A DNA stretch of 64,000 bases. It comes from an uncultured delta proteobacterium (lineage in GTDB: Bacteria > Myxococcota_A > Polyangia > Polyangiales > Polyangiaceae). Below the pieces are notes generated by a model. It did no database searches. It worked only from the letters and a program-made list of their open reading frames with translations, and had not been told where the DNA came from. This document shows positions 22,199 to 31,154 of this stretch, one piece after another. The position numbers were made by a program, and so were the translations under genes. Where the stretch lies: assembly GCA_963841435.1 (NCBI GenBank), contig CAWJCS010000006.1, positions 1,248,001 through 1,312,000 of the forward strand. The letters run 5' to 3'. Each line of letters begins with the position of its first letter. Positions within the stretch are counted from its first letter, which is position 1.

Positions 22199-22456
22199 CT
22201 AGCGGGACGCGAGCCCTTCGAGACCACTTTTCGTCACGCTCGCGGTGACGCTGCGCGCGGAGCGCCCCGCAGCGAACGGTGGCAGGAGACGGCCGACGAC
22301 ACCACGCCGCCGCTCGGCTCGGGCGACCGGCTGCGCCACGCGGGGCGCCGGGGAAGCGGCAGCGTCAGGGGCGGCAACGGTCGGGTGGGGGACGCCGGCT
22401 GCACAACCAGCGGCGGTCGAGACGGCGGCGAACGCGAAGAGCAAGGTCCTCGGCAT
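22199..22456 (-). CDS. Possible small lipoprotein
   Basis: MPRTLLFAFAAVSTAAGC signal/lipobox fills the gap downstream of the hydrolase gene; no recognisable domain. Confidence 0.3.
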   Translation of the reverse strand: MPRTLLFAFAAVSTAAGCAAGVPHPTVAAPDAAASPAPRVAQPVARAERRRGVVGRLLPPFAAGRSARSVTASVTKSGLEGLASR

Positions 22457-22510
22457 ACATCGACCCTACGGAACGCTGCGCCATTCGGCCCAACAATCGG
22501 CGTAGCGCGC

Positions 22511-23332
22511 TCAGTCCGAAAGGAAGCGCGAGAGGACGCTCGCGAGCTCGCCGGGGCGCTCCTCCTGCGGAGCGTGCCCAGCGGCGAGTAGCTCGAGCCG
22601 GGCCGCCGGGATTTCGCGAGCAAGGCGCCGGCCGGCGTTCACCGGCACCATGCGATCGTGCGTGCCCCAAACGACGAGCGTCGGGCAGCGCACGCCGGAA
22701 GTGCGCGCGACCAGCGGCCGGGGATCCTGCACGGTGCGCAGCGTTTCGAGCGCGCTCGCCCGTGCCGCGGGCTCGCTGAAGGCCGAATAGTAGTGGGAAA
22801 GCCGTTTCGACTCGGGTCCGAGCCCCGGCGCGATGCGCTCCCTCAGGAGTGCGCCGAACACTTGCTTGCCCCAGAGCTGCTTGAGCGCGAAGCCGCCCAC
22901 GAACGGCAAGAGTCCCACGCGCCCCGCGGCGCCCAGCCGCGGTGTCTCGGCGAGCGCGTCAACGAGAACGAGCTTCGACACGAGCTCGGGATGGCGTGCA
23001 GCGAGCGCGAGCGCCACGGCGCCGCCCAAGCAATGCCCGACCACGCTCGCCCGACCCAGATCGAGCGCGGCGTAGAGATCGGCGATGGCTTCGGCGAACG
23101 CCTCCACGTGGTACGAGAAGCGGCTCGGCGAAGGCTTCTCGCTTTCACCGAACCCCGGCAGGTCGGGCGCGATGATGCGTCGCGCCTCGCCCAGCGCGGG
23201 CGCCACGGTGTCCCAAGTGGTGTGATCCAGAAACAGTCCGTGGAGCAGGATGATGCTCGGACCGCTCCCGGCGTCGGCCACGCGTACCCGGACCCCGCTT
23301 GCGGTCACGTCGCGCTGCACGCCCGGCCACAC
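22511..23332 (-). CDS. Alpha/beta-fold hydrolase
   Basis: ILLHGL, IAPDLPGFGES, VVGHCLGG, PTLVVWGTHDRMV and AGHAPQEERP. GTG 23332 lies 7 nt after a TGcTAGGCT -10 element. Confidence 0.92.
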   Translation of the reverse strand: MWPGVQRDVTASGVRVRVADAGSGPSIILLHGLFLDHTTWDTVAPALGEARRIIAPDLPGFGESEKPSPSRFSYHVEAFAEAIADLYAALDLGRASVVGHCLGGAVALALAARHPELVSKLVLVDALAETPRLGAAGRVGLLPFVGGFALKQLWGKQVFGALLRERIAPGLGPESKRLSHYYSAFSEPAARASALETLRTVQDPRPLVARTSGVRCPTLVVWGTHDRMVPVNAGRRLAREIPAARLELLAAGHAPQEERPGELASVLSRFLSD

Positions 23333-23379
23333 GCGGGCGAGCCTAGCAGACTGGGCCGCGCGCGCGGTTTCGCCCCGCG

Positions 23380-23522
23380 GCCACCATGGACGGTCTTTCA
23401 GCTCCATGGACATTCCAGCAGACATGACGATCAATGTCATAGCTGTGGTGCTCGCCTGCATCCATGGAGCTAGCGAATAAATAGTGCAAACTTTGGGCTG
23501 CACCCGCTTTGGTGGCTCCACT
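23380..23522 (-). ncRNA. Candidate structured small RNA (unclassified; strand inferred from a TATAAT)
   Basis: Nested inverted repeats GCCACCA/TGGTGGC, AGCTCCATGGA/TCCATGGAGCT, CAGC/GCTG, ATGAC/GTCAT and GTGCA/TGCAC. Minus-strand TATAAT at 23534-23529. Confidence 0.35.
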
Positions 23523-23583
23523 CAGTAGATTATAGTCGCGCTCGGTTGACGGTCGGGTAGCAACCCCGGCCGCCTATTCAGCG

Positions 23584-24099
23584 ATGGAACGGCTCAATGA
23601 CGCGGCCCTCGAGGCCATCGAGAAGCAGAACCCGGCCGGGCTCACCTCGGCGGAGATCCTCGACGTCTTTGCCCGCCACGGCATCCCCTTGAGTGAAGCC
23701 ACGCTGAGAAAGTACGTGCAGCTCGGCCTTCTGCCTCGCAGCGTTCGCGTCGGCAAGAAGGGCAAGCACCAGGGCTCGCAGGGCGTGTACCCCGTGAACG
23801 TGGTGCGACAGATCGTCACCATCAAGCGCATGATGGCCGAGGATCTCACCATCGAGCGCATCCAACGCGAGTTTCTATTCATCCGCAACGACCTCGAAGA
23901 GCTCAGCCGAACGCTGGGCGTGATCTTCGAAAAGCTCGACGGCGTGATCGCCGCGCAGCGTCCCGAGCGCGGAACGCACACGGTGGAGCGCGACGTTGCG
24001 GGGGCACGCGCGCAGAGCAAGGATCTGGTGGCCCGTCTCGAGGCCATCGAAGCGAAACTAGGAGCAAGGACCAAGATGGACAAGCTCGCGGCGTCCTAG
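23584..24099 (+). CDS. MerR-like HTH transcriptional regulator
   Basis: GLTSAEIL...LSEATLRKYVQLGLLP...YP..VV..IVTIKRM...LTIERI winged-HTH pattern followed by a coiled coil. Confidence 0.8.
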   Translation: MERLNDAALEAIEKQNPAGLTSAEILDVFARHGIPLSEATLRKYVQLGLLPRSVRVGKKGKHQGSQGVYPVNVVRQIVTIKRMMAEDLTIERIQREFLFIRNDLEELSRTLGVIFEKLDGVIAAQRPERGTHTVERDVAGARAQSKDLVARLEAIEAKLGARTKMDKLAAS

Positions 24100-24329
24100 G
24101 GCATGACCCGGACGTTGGGGCCGCCGCCCGGAGCAGGCGGCCCGCCGAGCGCGCCGAATCTCGCAATACCGCACGAAAATAGCCGAAGAGTGACGACTGG
24201 CTCGTCGCTCCGAGGCGCGGTGAGAGACGGCGCAAACGGTCGAGTCGATACCCCGGTGGAGCGGTGGACTGTCCGCTTCTCACGGGGATCGTGCGGGCGG
24301 AATCCCAAACGGCAAGCGGAGGCAGTCCC

Positions 24330-25028
24330 ATGGATCACGACGATCGCGCAACGACGGAAGACGGGGAAAACGAGAACGAGGCACCGCGCAACGAGGGTGC
24401 GCTGGCGCTCGACGTAGAGCCCGCCATCACGCGCGAGCAGCGTCGCTCGCGACGCAAGCGCGACGTGCGCGCTCGCACGATCAGCGTGAAACGCATGACG
24501 AAGCGGGAGCTCGAGATCGGGCGACTGCTCTACCCGGAGACGGATTACGAGAAGCCGCTGACGCGCGCCGACTGCGCCGAGGGTCCGCGGCCCTGCCCGT
24601 ACGTCTCCTGCAAGTATCACCTGTACATCGACGTTTCGGCGCGCACCGGCGCCATCAAGCTGAATTTCCCCGATCTCGAGGCGTGGGACCTCGGTGAGTC
24701 GTGTGCGCTCGACGTCGCCGACCGCGGCGGCACGACGCTCGAGGACGTGGGTGCCATCATGAACCTCACGCGCGAGCGTATCCGCCAGGTCGAGGTCAAG
24801 GCGCTCGCCAAGCTCGAGGCGTTGCGCGACATGCTGGCGCTTCGCGACTACATCGACGAGGGACCGGTCGGCAAGCGCCGCCTGCCTCGGCTGTCGAAGC
24901 AGGACCTAGCGGGCCCCGCCTATCGCGAGGACGACGACGCCGACGAGGACGAGGACGCGCTCGATCACGCGACCCCGCTCGAAGACGACGGCGCCGCAGA
25001 ATCCTTCGCGCTCGGCCTCGATTCCTGA
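24330..25028 (+). CDS. Stand-alone sigma70 region-4 HTH protein with Cys/His motif
   Basis: [35 protein letters not shown] (region 4.2); C-x6-CPYVSCKYH; acidic tail; no sigma region 2. Confidence 0.85.
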   Translation: MDHDDRATTEDGENENEAPRNEGALALDVEPAITREQRRSRRKRDVRARTISVKRMTKRELEIGRLLYPETDYEKPLTRADCAEGPRPCPYVSCKYHLYIDVSARTGAIKLNFPDLEAWDLGESCALDVADRGGTTLEDVGAIMNLTRERIRQVEVKALAKLEALRDMLALRDYIDEGPVGKRRLPRLSKQDLAGPAYREDDDADEDEDALDHATPLEDDGAAESFALGLDS

Positions 25029-25044
25029 GCTCGCGCCTCGCGCG

Positions 25045-26121
25045 TCAGCCGCGCAAATCGGCGAGGGCGCGCAGGAAATTCCGGCCGAGGATCCTCACGA
25101 TCGTGTCGACCGGCATGCGGCGCTCGAGCAGCGCCTCGACGAGGCGCGGCAGCTCGAGGCACGTCGGCATGTCGCGGGGGGTGACGATCGAGCCGTCCCA
25201 ATCGCTGCCGAGCGCAGCGATGTCGGAGCCGCCGACACGGACGAGGTGCTCGAGGTGGCGCGCCACGCTGGCGACGCGCCCGGCGAACAGCGGGTCACCG
25301 AGGAAGGGTGCGTGGAAGAGGATGCCGACGACGCCACCCGTGTGGGCGACGGCGCGTATCTGCTGGTCGTCGAGGTTGCGCCAGTGCCGATGCGCGCCGG
25401 TGACGCCCGTGTGACTCACCATGAGCGGCAGGCTCGCGTCGTGTGCGGCGACCGCGTCCCAGAAGGCCTTGGGGCTCGCATGGGCGAGGTCGACGAAGAT
25501 GCGGCGCGCGTCGAGCGCGTGGACGAGCTCGATACCGGTCGGGCCGAGGCCGCCTGGTGAGAGCAGGCCGAGCGGCGAGCTCGTGGTGCCGACGGGGGAG
25601 CTCGAGAGGTGCACGAGCGTGACGAGCAGGAGCGTGCCGGGCGCGAGCCGGTCGAGCACGCTCGGGTCGACATCGAGCGCGTTGCCGCCCTGCACGCCGA
25701 TGAAGGCGCCGTGCAGGCCGCGGGCGCGCGCGGCGCGATATTCGGCCGCCGTCGTCACGAGCGCCACCTCGTCCGGGTGGCCGGCGAAGAGGCGCGTGAT
25801 CTCGTCCACGTTCGCGAGGAACGTCGCGACCCGCTCGGCGCCGTCACGCAGCGGGTTCGTCGTGATGATCCAGGCGGCGCCGCCCACGGCCGCCTCGCGG
25901 AGCCGCGGCAGGTCGGCGTGACCGAGGAAGAAGCCGCGCAGCGGAAACCACGGGTCGTGGCGCGTCGTCGGATCGCGGCCGAGTAGGCGGTGCCAGATAA
26001 AGGAGTTGACGTGCAGGTCGATCACGTCGCTCGCGAGGTAGACATCGACCGCTTCGCGGGAAACGCCGAGCTCGTGCGCCCACGCGCCGGGATCGGCGCG
26101 GTGGTCGAGGCGGGCGCTCAT
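25045..26121 (-). CDS. Membrane dipeptidase family (peptidase M19, amidohydrolase fold)
   Basis: IDLHVN, HADLPRLRE, FVDLAHAS, MVSHTG..HWRNLDDQQIRAVA..GGVVGI and ALGSDWDG. Confidence 0.9.
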   Translation of the reverse strand: MSARLDHRADPGAWAHELGVSREAVDVYLASDVIDLHVNSFIWHRLLGRDPTTRHDPWFPLRGFFLGHADLPRLREAAVGGAAWIITTNPLRDGAERVATFLANVDEITRLFAGHPDEVALVTTAAEYRAARARGLHGAFIGVQGGNALDVDPSVLDRLAPGTLLLVTLVHLSSSPVGTTSSPLGLLSPGGLGPTGIELVHALDARRIFVDLAHASPKAFWDAVAAHDASLPLMVSHTGVTGAHRHWRNLDDQQIRAVAHTGGVVGILFHAPFLGDPLFAGRVASVARHLEHLVRVGGSDIAALGSDWDGSIVTPRDMPTCLELPRLVEALLERRMPVDTIVRILGRNFLRALADLRG

Positions 26122-26296
26122 CGCGCGAACGTAGCGCCGCCGTCTTCGCCCCGCTAGAGCTCAGCCGGGGAGCTCTGGCCGCCGCGCTACTTTCCAGTTT
26201 CGCGCGGCAGTTTTCGCCGCATCCGTCGTTCGAGGAGCCAGCCGGTCCTGCGCGAAGGCGCCGCGTTCGTCGCTTGGCGACGCAAACGGCTCGGTT

Positions 26297-26593
26297 CTAG
26301 AGGCCCTTCGGCACTTCGTCGAGGTTCACGGCGGCGAGCGCGTGGCGGATGAGCGCGCTGCGATTGGCCTTGGTGAGGCCGCGCGTCTTGAGAGTTTGCA
26401 CCATCTCGTCGAGGCGCTCGAGGTCATCGGTGTACATGGAGATGCAGATCACCTTGTAGTGCTGCGGCCGCTCCTTGTGCTGCGCCGCGGGCGGCGGGCG
26501 CGGGGCGTAGAAGGTCTGGCCGAGCACGCCGTTGACGTCGTCGGGGTTGAGCACGCGGGCGGTGGCTTGTCTGAGGTCATCGCGGCTGTTCAT
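26297..26593 (-). CDS. Small protein (98 aa) with C-terminal ribbon-helix-helix-like motif
   Basis: MNSRDDL...YKVICISMYTDDLERLDEMV...ANRSALIRHAL, a beta-helix-helix pattern. ATGA overlap with the upstream ParA-like gene. Confidence 0.7.
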   Translation of the reverse strand: MNSRDDLRQATARVLNPDDVNGVLGQTFYAPRPPPAAQHKERPQHYKVICISMYTDDLERLDEMVQTLKTRGLTKANRSALIRHALAAVNLDEVPKGL

Positions 26594-27804
26594 GCGGGTC
26601 CTCCAGCTGCGGTGGGCAGCGCTTCTTCTTGCATTCCGAGCACCCGATCGACCATCCGGGCATAGTCGGCGGCTGCCGGTGAGGTGGGGGCGTACTCGAA
26701 CAGGGTTTTGCCCTGCGCGGGGGCTTCCTTCGCGCGGATCGCGAAGTGGATCGGGTCGAGGCAGCTGTCGCCGAAGGTCTCCGTCAGGGTCCCGAGGGCC
26801 TCGCGGCAGATGCGCGCTCGGGCGTCGTAGAGCGTCGGCAGGACGCCGAGCAGCGAAAGCTGATGGCCGAGCAGCCGATTGACCTGCTTGATGGTGCGCA
26901 TGACCTGGCGCACGCCCAACAGCGACAAGAAATCGCACGCCACGGGGCAGAGCACGGCATCGGCGAACACGAGGGCGTTCTGGTTCATGAGCGAGAGGCT
27001 CGGCGAGCAGTCGACGACGACGAACTCGTACGCGGCGCGCGTGCCGCCGAGGCGCGTCGCGAGCACGCGATCGCGCTGGCGCTGTCCCGACAAGTAGAGC
27101 TCGGCGGCGGCGAGCGTCTCGTTCGCCGCGAGCAACGACAGGTTGTCGCGCACCTCGACCACGGCGTCCGAATACGGCAGGCCCATGACGAGCACGTGGT
27201 AAAGGGTGCGGTTGACCCGCGCCCCGAGTGACGCGCCGGCGTTGCCTTGCCCGTCGGTGTCGACGAGGAGCACGCGCCGGCCGCGGCGCGCGAGGCCCGC
27301 CGCGAGATGCACGGCCGTGGTCGTCTTGGCGGTACCGCCCTTCTGATTGAAGACGGCGATCACCTGTGGCGCCGGTCCCCGCGTCGGCGGGGCCAGGCCC
27401 TGGACGGTGCTCGTCGGCGGCGGCGTCGGCGTCGCCGTCGTGGTCGTCGTGCCCGGCGCAGGGGGCGTGACGAGGGTGTCGTCGGGCAGGTAGCGCGGAT
27501 CCGAGAGCTCGCCGAGCCGCACGGCGCGCACGCCGGTGAGCACGCGCGCGCGGCATTCGGGTGAGCAAGCGTAGTGACGCCGCCCACCCGTGTAGAGCAC
27601 CTGCGCCGCGAGCTCGACCTCGAACCGCTTCGCGCAAGCGTCGCAGCTCACGCGCCCGTCGACGCGCGCGCTGTGGCTCGCCTCGAGGCAGCGCTGGGAG
27701 CAGAAGCAGCGACGCTCGCCGGATGCGCTCTTTTCGATCTGGTAGCGGAAGCAGACCTCGAATTCGGTGGAGCAGACGCTGCAGTGCTCGCTCTGGGCCG
27801 CCAT
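26590..27804 (-). CDS. ParA/Soj-family ATPase with two N-terminal TRASH/YHS-like Cys domains
   Basis: NQKGGTAKTTT deviant Walker A, LLVDTDGQGN, VVVDCSPSL and EAPAQGK. N-terminus has CSVC..FCSQRC and CDAC..ACSPEC. Confidence 0.9.
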   Translation of the reverse strand: MAAQSEHCSVCSTEFEVCFRYQIEKSASGERRCFCSQRCLEASHSARVDGRVSCDACAKRFEVELAAQVLYTGGRRHYACSPECRARVLTGVRAVRLGELSDPRYLPDDTLVTPPAPGTTTTTATPTPPPTSTVQGLAPPTRGPAPQVIAVFNQKGGTAKTTTAVHLAAGLARRGRRVLLVDTDGQGNAGASLGARVNRTLYHVLVMGLPYSDAVVEVRDNLSLLAANETLAAAELYLSGQRQRDRVLATRLGGTRAAYEFVVVDCSPSLSLMNQNALVFADAVLCPVACDFLSLLGVRQVMRTIKQVNRLLGHQLSLLGVLPTLYDARARICREALGTLTETFGDSCLDPIHFAIRAKEAPAQGKTLFEYAPTSPAAADYARMVDRVLGMQEEALPTAAGGPA

Positions 27805-27933
27805 GCACAACGGGTTATCGAAGCGCTTGCGCCCGGGCCAAGTTTCGACCGCGCCGCGGGGTGCCCGACGCCGGGGCGGCCGCCGAGATTCGACTCGAGG
27901 GATGCGGCGTAGGATGCCGAAAGGACGGGTGAA

Positions 27934-29499
27934 TCAGTGGCGGAAGTGCCGGACGCCCGTGAAGATCATCGAGACGCCTGCCTCGTCGGCGGCCGCGATC
28001 ACGTCCTCGTCCTTCTTGCTGCCGCCGGGTTGCGCGATCGCGGCGACACCCGCGCGGGCCGCAGCCTGCACGCCGTCCGGAAAGGGGAAGAAGGCGTCCG
28101 ACGCGAGGACGCTGCCCTTGGCGCGATCCCCCGCCTTCTCGCAGGCCACCTGAACGGCAGTGACGCGCGCCGTCTGGCCGCCGCCAATGCCGATCGTCTC
28201 GTAGACGCCCGGGCTGCGCCCCGGAGCGGCGAGCACGATGGCGTTCGATTTGACGTGCTTGCACACGACCCAGGCAAAGGCGAGCGCGGAGAGCTCGGCC
28301 TGCGACGGCACGCGCTTGGTCACGACGCGGCCGTCGTTGACCTCGCCGGGGCCGCTGCGGTCGCGATCCTGAACGACGAAGCCACCGCCGACGCGCTTGA
28401 ACTGGCGTGCGTTGTGCGTGGCGCCAAGCCATTCGCCGGTGGCGATGAGGCGCAACGCGGCCTTCGACCGCAGGCGGTCGAGCGCGCCGGGTGAGAAGCC
28501 CGGCGCGATGATGCACTCGAGGAAGGTTTCCGCAAGGATTTCAGCCGTGGTGTCGTCCACTTCTCGATTGAGCGCCACGATAGCCCCGAAAGCGCTCATG
28601 GCGTCTGCCTCGCGCGCCGAACGGTACGCGTCCGCGAGCATCGGCGCCGTGGCGACACCACAGGGGTTCGTGTGCTTGACGACGACGGCGGCAGGGTTCT
28701 CGAACTCGCGCACGGCGTCGAGCGCGGCGTCCACGTCGACGAGGTTGTTGAAGCTCAGCTCCTTCGCACCGCTGCCGAGGCTCTCGGCGCAGCCGAGGGA
28801 ACCGGGCGGCGCATTGCGTTCACGATAGAACGCCCCGCCCTGGTGCGGATTCTCGCCGTAGCGGAGCGGATACGCTTTCTCGAGCGTCAGCGTGAGAAAG
28901 CGGGGGTAGCCGTCGGCTTCCGTGCGCGCGCTGAGCCAACCGCTGATCGCCGCGTCGTAGGCGGCGGTATGAGCGAACGCCTTCGCGGCGAGTCGCTCGC
29001 GCGTCGCGCGGCTGAGCTCGCCGCCCCGGCCGAGCTCGTCGAGGATCAGGCCGTAGTCGCTCGGGTCGCACACCACGCTGACACGCTCGTGGTTCTTGGC
29101 CGCCGACCTCAGCATGCTCGGACCGCCGATGTCGATGTTCTCGATGAGGGTCTCGAAGCTCGTGCCCGGCTTGTCGAGCATTTGCTCGAAGGGATAGAGG
29201 TTGACGACGACGAGGTCGATGGCTCTGCCGCCGAGGCGCTCGAGATCCGCATCGTCGAGACCGGCGCGCGCGAGGATGCCGCCGTGCACGCGGGGGTGCA
29301 GGGTCTTGACCCGGCCGCTCATGACCTCCGGCGAGCCCGTGTAGCTTTCGACGCTCTCGACGGGCACGCCTCCTGCTTTCAGCGTGCTGTACGTGCCGCC
29401 GGTCGAGACGAGCGTGACCCCACGCTGGGCGAGAGCCGACGCGAACACCATGAGGCCGGTCTTGTCGGAGACTGAGAGGATCGCGCTGCGAAGCGGCAT
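27934..29499 (-). CDS. purH: Bifunctional AICAR transformylase / IMP cyclohydrolase
   Basis: LSVSDKTG, GRVKTLHP, IENIDIGGPSM, LRYGENPHQ, KHTNPCG, KHVKSNAI, ASDAFFPF and TGVRHFRH. Confidence 0.98.
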   Translation of the reverse strand: MPLRSAILSVSDKTGLMVFASALAQRGVTLVSTGGTYSTLKAGGVPVESVESYTGSPEVMSGRVKTLHPRVHGGILARAGLDDADLERLGGRAIDLVVVNLYPFEQMLDKPGTSFETLIENIDIGGPSMLRSAAKNHERVSVVCDPSDYGLILDELGRGGELSRATRERLAAKAFAHTAAYDAAISGWLSARTEADGYPRFLTLTLEKAYPLRYGENPHQGGAFYRERNAPPGSLGCAESLGSGAKELSFNNLVDVDAALDAVREFENPAAVVVKHTNPCGVATAPMLADAYRSAREADAMSAFGAIVALNREVDDTTAEILAETFLECIIAPGFSPGALDRLRSKAALRLIATGEWLGATHNARQFKRVGGGFVVQDRDRSGPGEVNDGRVVTKRVPSQAELSALAFAWVVCKHVKSNAIVLAAPGRSPGVYETIGIGGGQTARVTAVQVACEKAGDRAKGSVLASDAFFPFPDGVQAAARAGVAAIAQPGGSKKDEDVIAAADEAGVSMIFTGVRHFRH

Positions 29500-29708
29500 G
29501 AGGCGGCGAGCCTATCAAAAGCGGCCCGGCGCGATCAAAGCCCAGGACCGCGCGGCCCGGAAAGGCCGTAACCCTGCGGTCAGGTGACGGAGATCGGGCG
29601 GGCGTTGCCCGAGCGGGCGCGCTCGGCGGGCCTCGGGAGGGGCCCGGCGCGGTCTCGGTGCGGCCGCGGCGCGCCCATCGCCTACAGGCGGCGCTGGATG
29701 CCCGGGCG

Positions 29709-30149
29709 TCAATCGTCGCCACGGTCGCGGGGGTCGGCGTGGGGCTTCGGTCGCACGGTGGCGTTGCCGCCTCGCTCGGGAGGGAGGGGGACGCCCGCGG
29801 CGTCGCGCTCACCCGTGGATGTTCCCGGGTGCGCGCGACGTGCGGGCCTCGCAGGACGTGTGGGTCGCGCAGGACGTGTGGGTCGTGCGGTTCCGTGCCC
29901 GTCGTGCGGGAGGTTGGGAGCTTGTCGCACGCCGCCGAAGTCGAGCGGGTGACCGTGGCGCGGGTGCGGCTGGGGCAGCCCCGGCGCCAGGACCCAGCAG
30001 GTCGTCTGCCGGCGGACGCGCGCACGAAGGTGCACGGGTGGAGGGGCAGGCGCGACGTACACGACGTGCTCGACGACGCGCGGCCCGGGCGGCGGTGCCC
30101 CTGCGCAGCCCGCAAGCGTCAGCCCCAAGAGCATCCGAGACCACGACAT
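29709..30149 (-). CDS. Possible Pro/Arg-rich lipoprotein (C-terminal frame uncertain)
   Basis: MSWSRMLLGLTLAGC lipobox; the rest is low complexity with weak codon bias. Confidence 0.35.
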   Translation of the reverse strand: MSWSRMLLGLTLAGCAGAPPPGPRVVEHVVYVAPAPPPVHLRARVRRQTTCWVLAPGLPQPHPRHGHPLDFGGVRQAPNLPHDGHGTARPTRPARPTRPARPARRAHPGTSTGERDAAGVPLPPERGGNATVRPKPHADPRDRGDD

Positions 30150-30306
30150 ACTCTTTAGTTACGCCGCCGCGCGCCGAGACCTTCCTTCACGGCTCCGCGG
30201 TCGGTGGCAACGTCCGCCCGGGACGCAATCCCGGGGCCGGCGATGCGTTTCGCGACGGGCGTCGTGATCGGTTTGACGTTTTCCGGCATCGCTCAGCCGG
30301 GAACCA

Positions 30307-31122
30307 ATGAAAAAGAGCTCCACTGCCACCAGGAACGCCGCGCTGCTCGGCGCGGCCTGCTTGCTCGCCGGTCTTCAAGGTTGCATGGCGACCGCCGCGA
30401 ACGGCGACGACGACACGCAGCTGCCCGCCGTCGGCGGTAGCGCCGGGACGGTCGCGGGGACCGGCGGTAGCGACGCGAGCGGAACCTCGGGGACAGGGCC
30501 GGGCGCTGGAACGGGCGCGGAGCCTGGCTCTGGAGCTGGAGGTGGAGGAGCCGGTACGCCCACCGGAGGCACCGGGGGCGTAGGGGCCTCCGGTGGCACA
30601 GCCGATCCCGGTGCGGGCACGGCAGGCGCGCCGCCGCCGGCCGGTGCCGGTGGCACGGATCCCGGAGCCGGCGGAGTCGCGGGCGCCGGCGGCACGGACG
30701 TGGGTGCCGGCGCCGGCGGCACGGCAGGTGACGGCGGCACGGGCGTCGGCGCCGGCGGCACGGCAGGCTCCGCCGCCGGGGCCGGAGGCGTGAACTCGGA
30801 CCCGCTCTGCAAGGGCATCAAGTCGAACATGGCGTGCACGAGCGAGGGCTTGAGCTGTCCGGTCCTCGCTTGCGGCCTCGCCGACTCAGGGCGCCGCGAT
30901 TGCGCGTGCGCGACGAACTGGACGTGCACCTCGTGCGACTTCACGGGCTCGCCGTACGCGACGGCGCCAGCGAGCCCGGCGACGTGCACGACGGAGAAGG
31001 ACAAGGATCCGTGCACGACCGAAGGCGCGGTTTGCATCGGTGCGCCCAACAGCGAGGTGTGCGCTTGCTACATGGACGGGAGCACGCTCATCTGGGATTG
31101 CGACAAGCAGCCCTGGCCGTGA
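30307..31122 (+). CDS. Lipoprotein with Gly-rich stalk and disulfide-rich C-terminal domain
   Basis: MKK..AALLGAACLLAGLQGC, GGT/GAG-rich linker and a Cys-rich last ~100 aa. Confidence 0.8.
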   Translation: MKKSSTATRNAALLGAACLLAGLQGCMATAANGDDDTQLPAVGGSAGTVAGTGGSDASGTSGTGPGAGTGAEPGSGAGGGGAGTPTGGTGGVGASGGTADPGAGTAGAPPPAGAGGTDPGAGGVAGAGGTDVGAGAGGTAGDGGTGVGAGGTAGSAAGAGGVNSDPLCKGIKSNMACTSEGLSCPVLACGLADSGRRDCACATNWTCTSCDFTGSPYATAPASPATCTTEKDKDPCTTEGAVCIGAPNSEVCACYMDGSTLIWDCDKQPWP

Positions 31123-31154
31123 AGAAGCTCGCAGCAGCCGGCTCGCTCTGAGTC

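Noticed and set aside
23101-23114. parS-like sequence CCTCCACGTGGTAC (and half-site TGTTTCACG at 48862)
   Set aside because: Three mismatches to GTTCCACGTGGAAC or only a half site, both inside coding sequence. No convincing parS was found near parAB.
24150-24329. Known riboswitch upstream of the sigma region-4 gene
   Set aside because: Hairpins are present, but no consensus of a known riboswitch class could be matched by eye.
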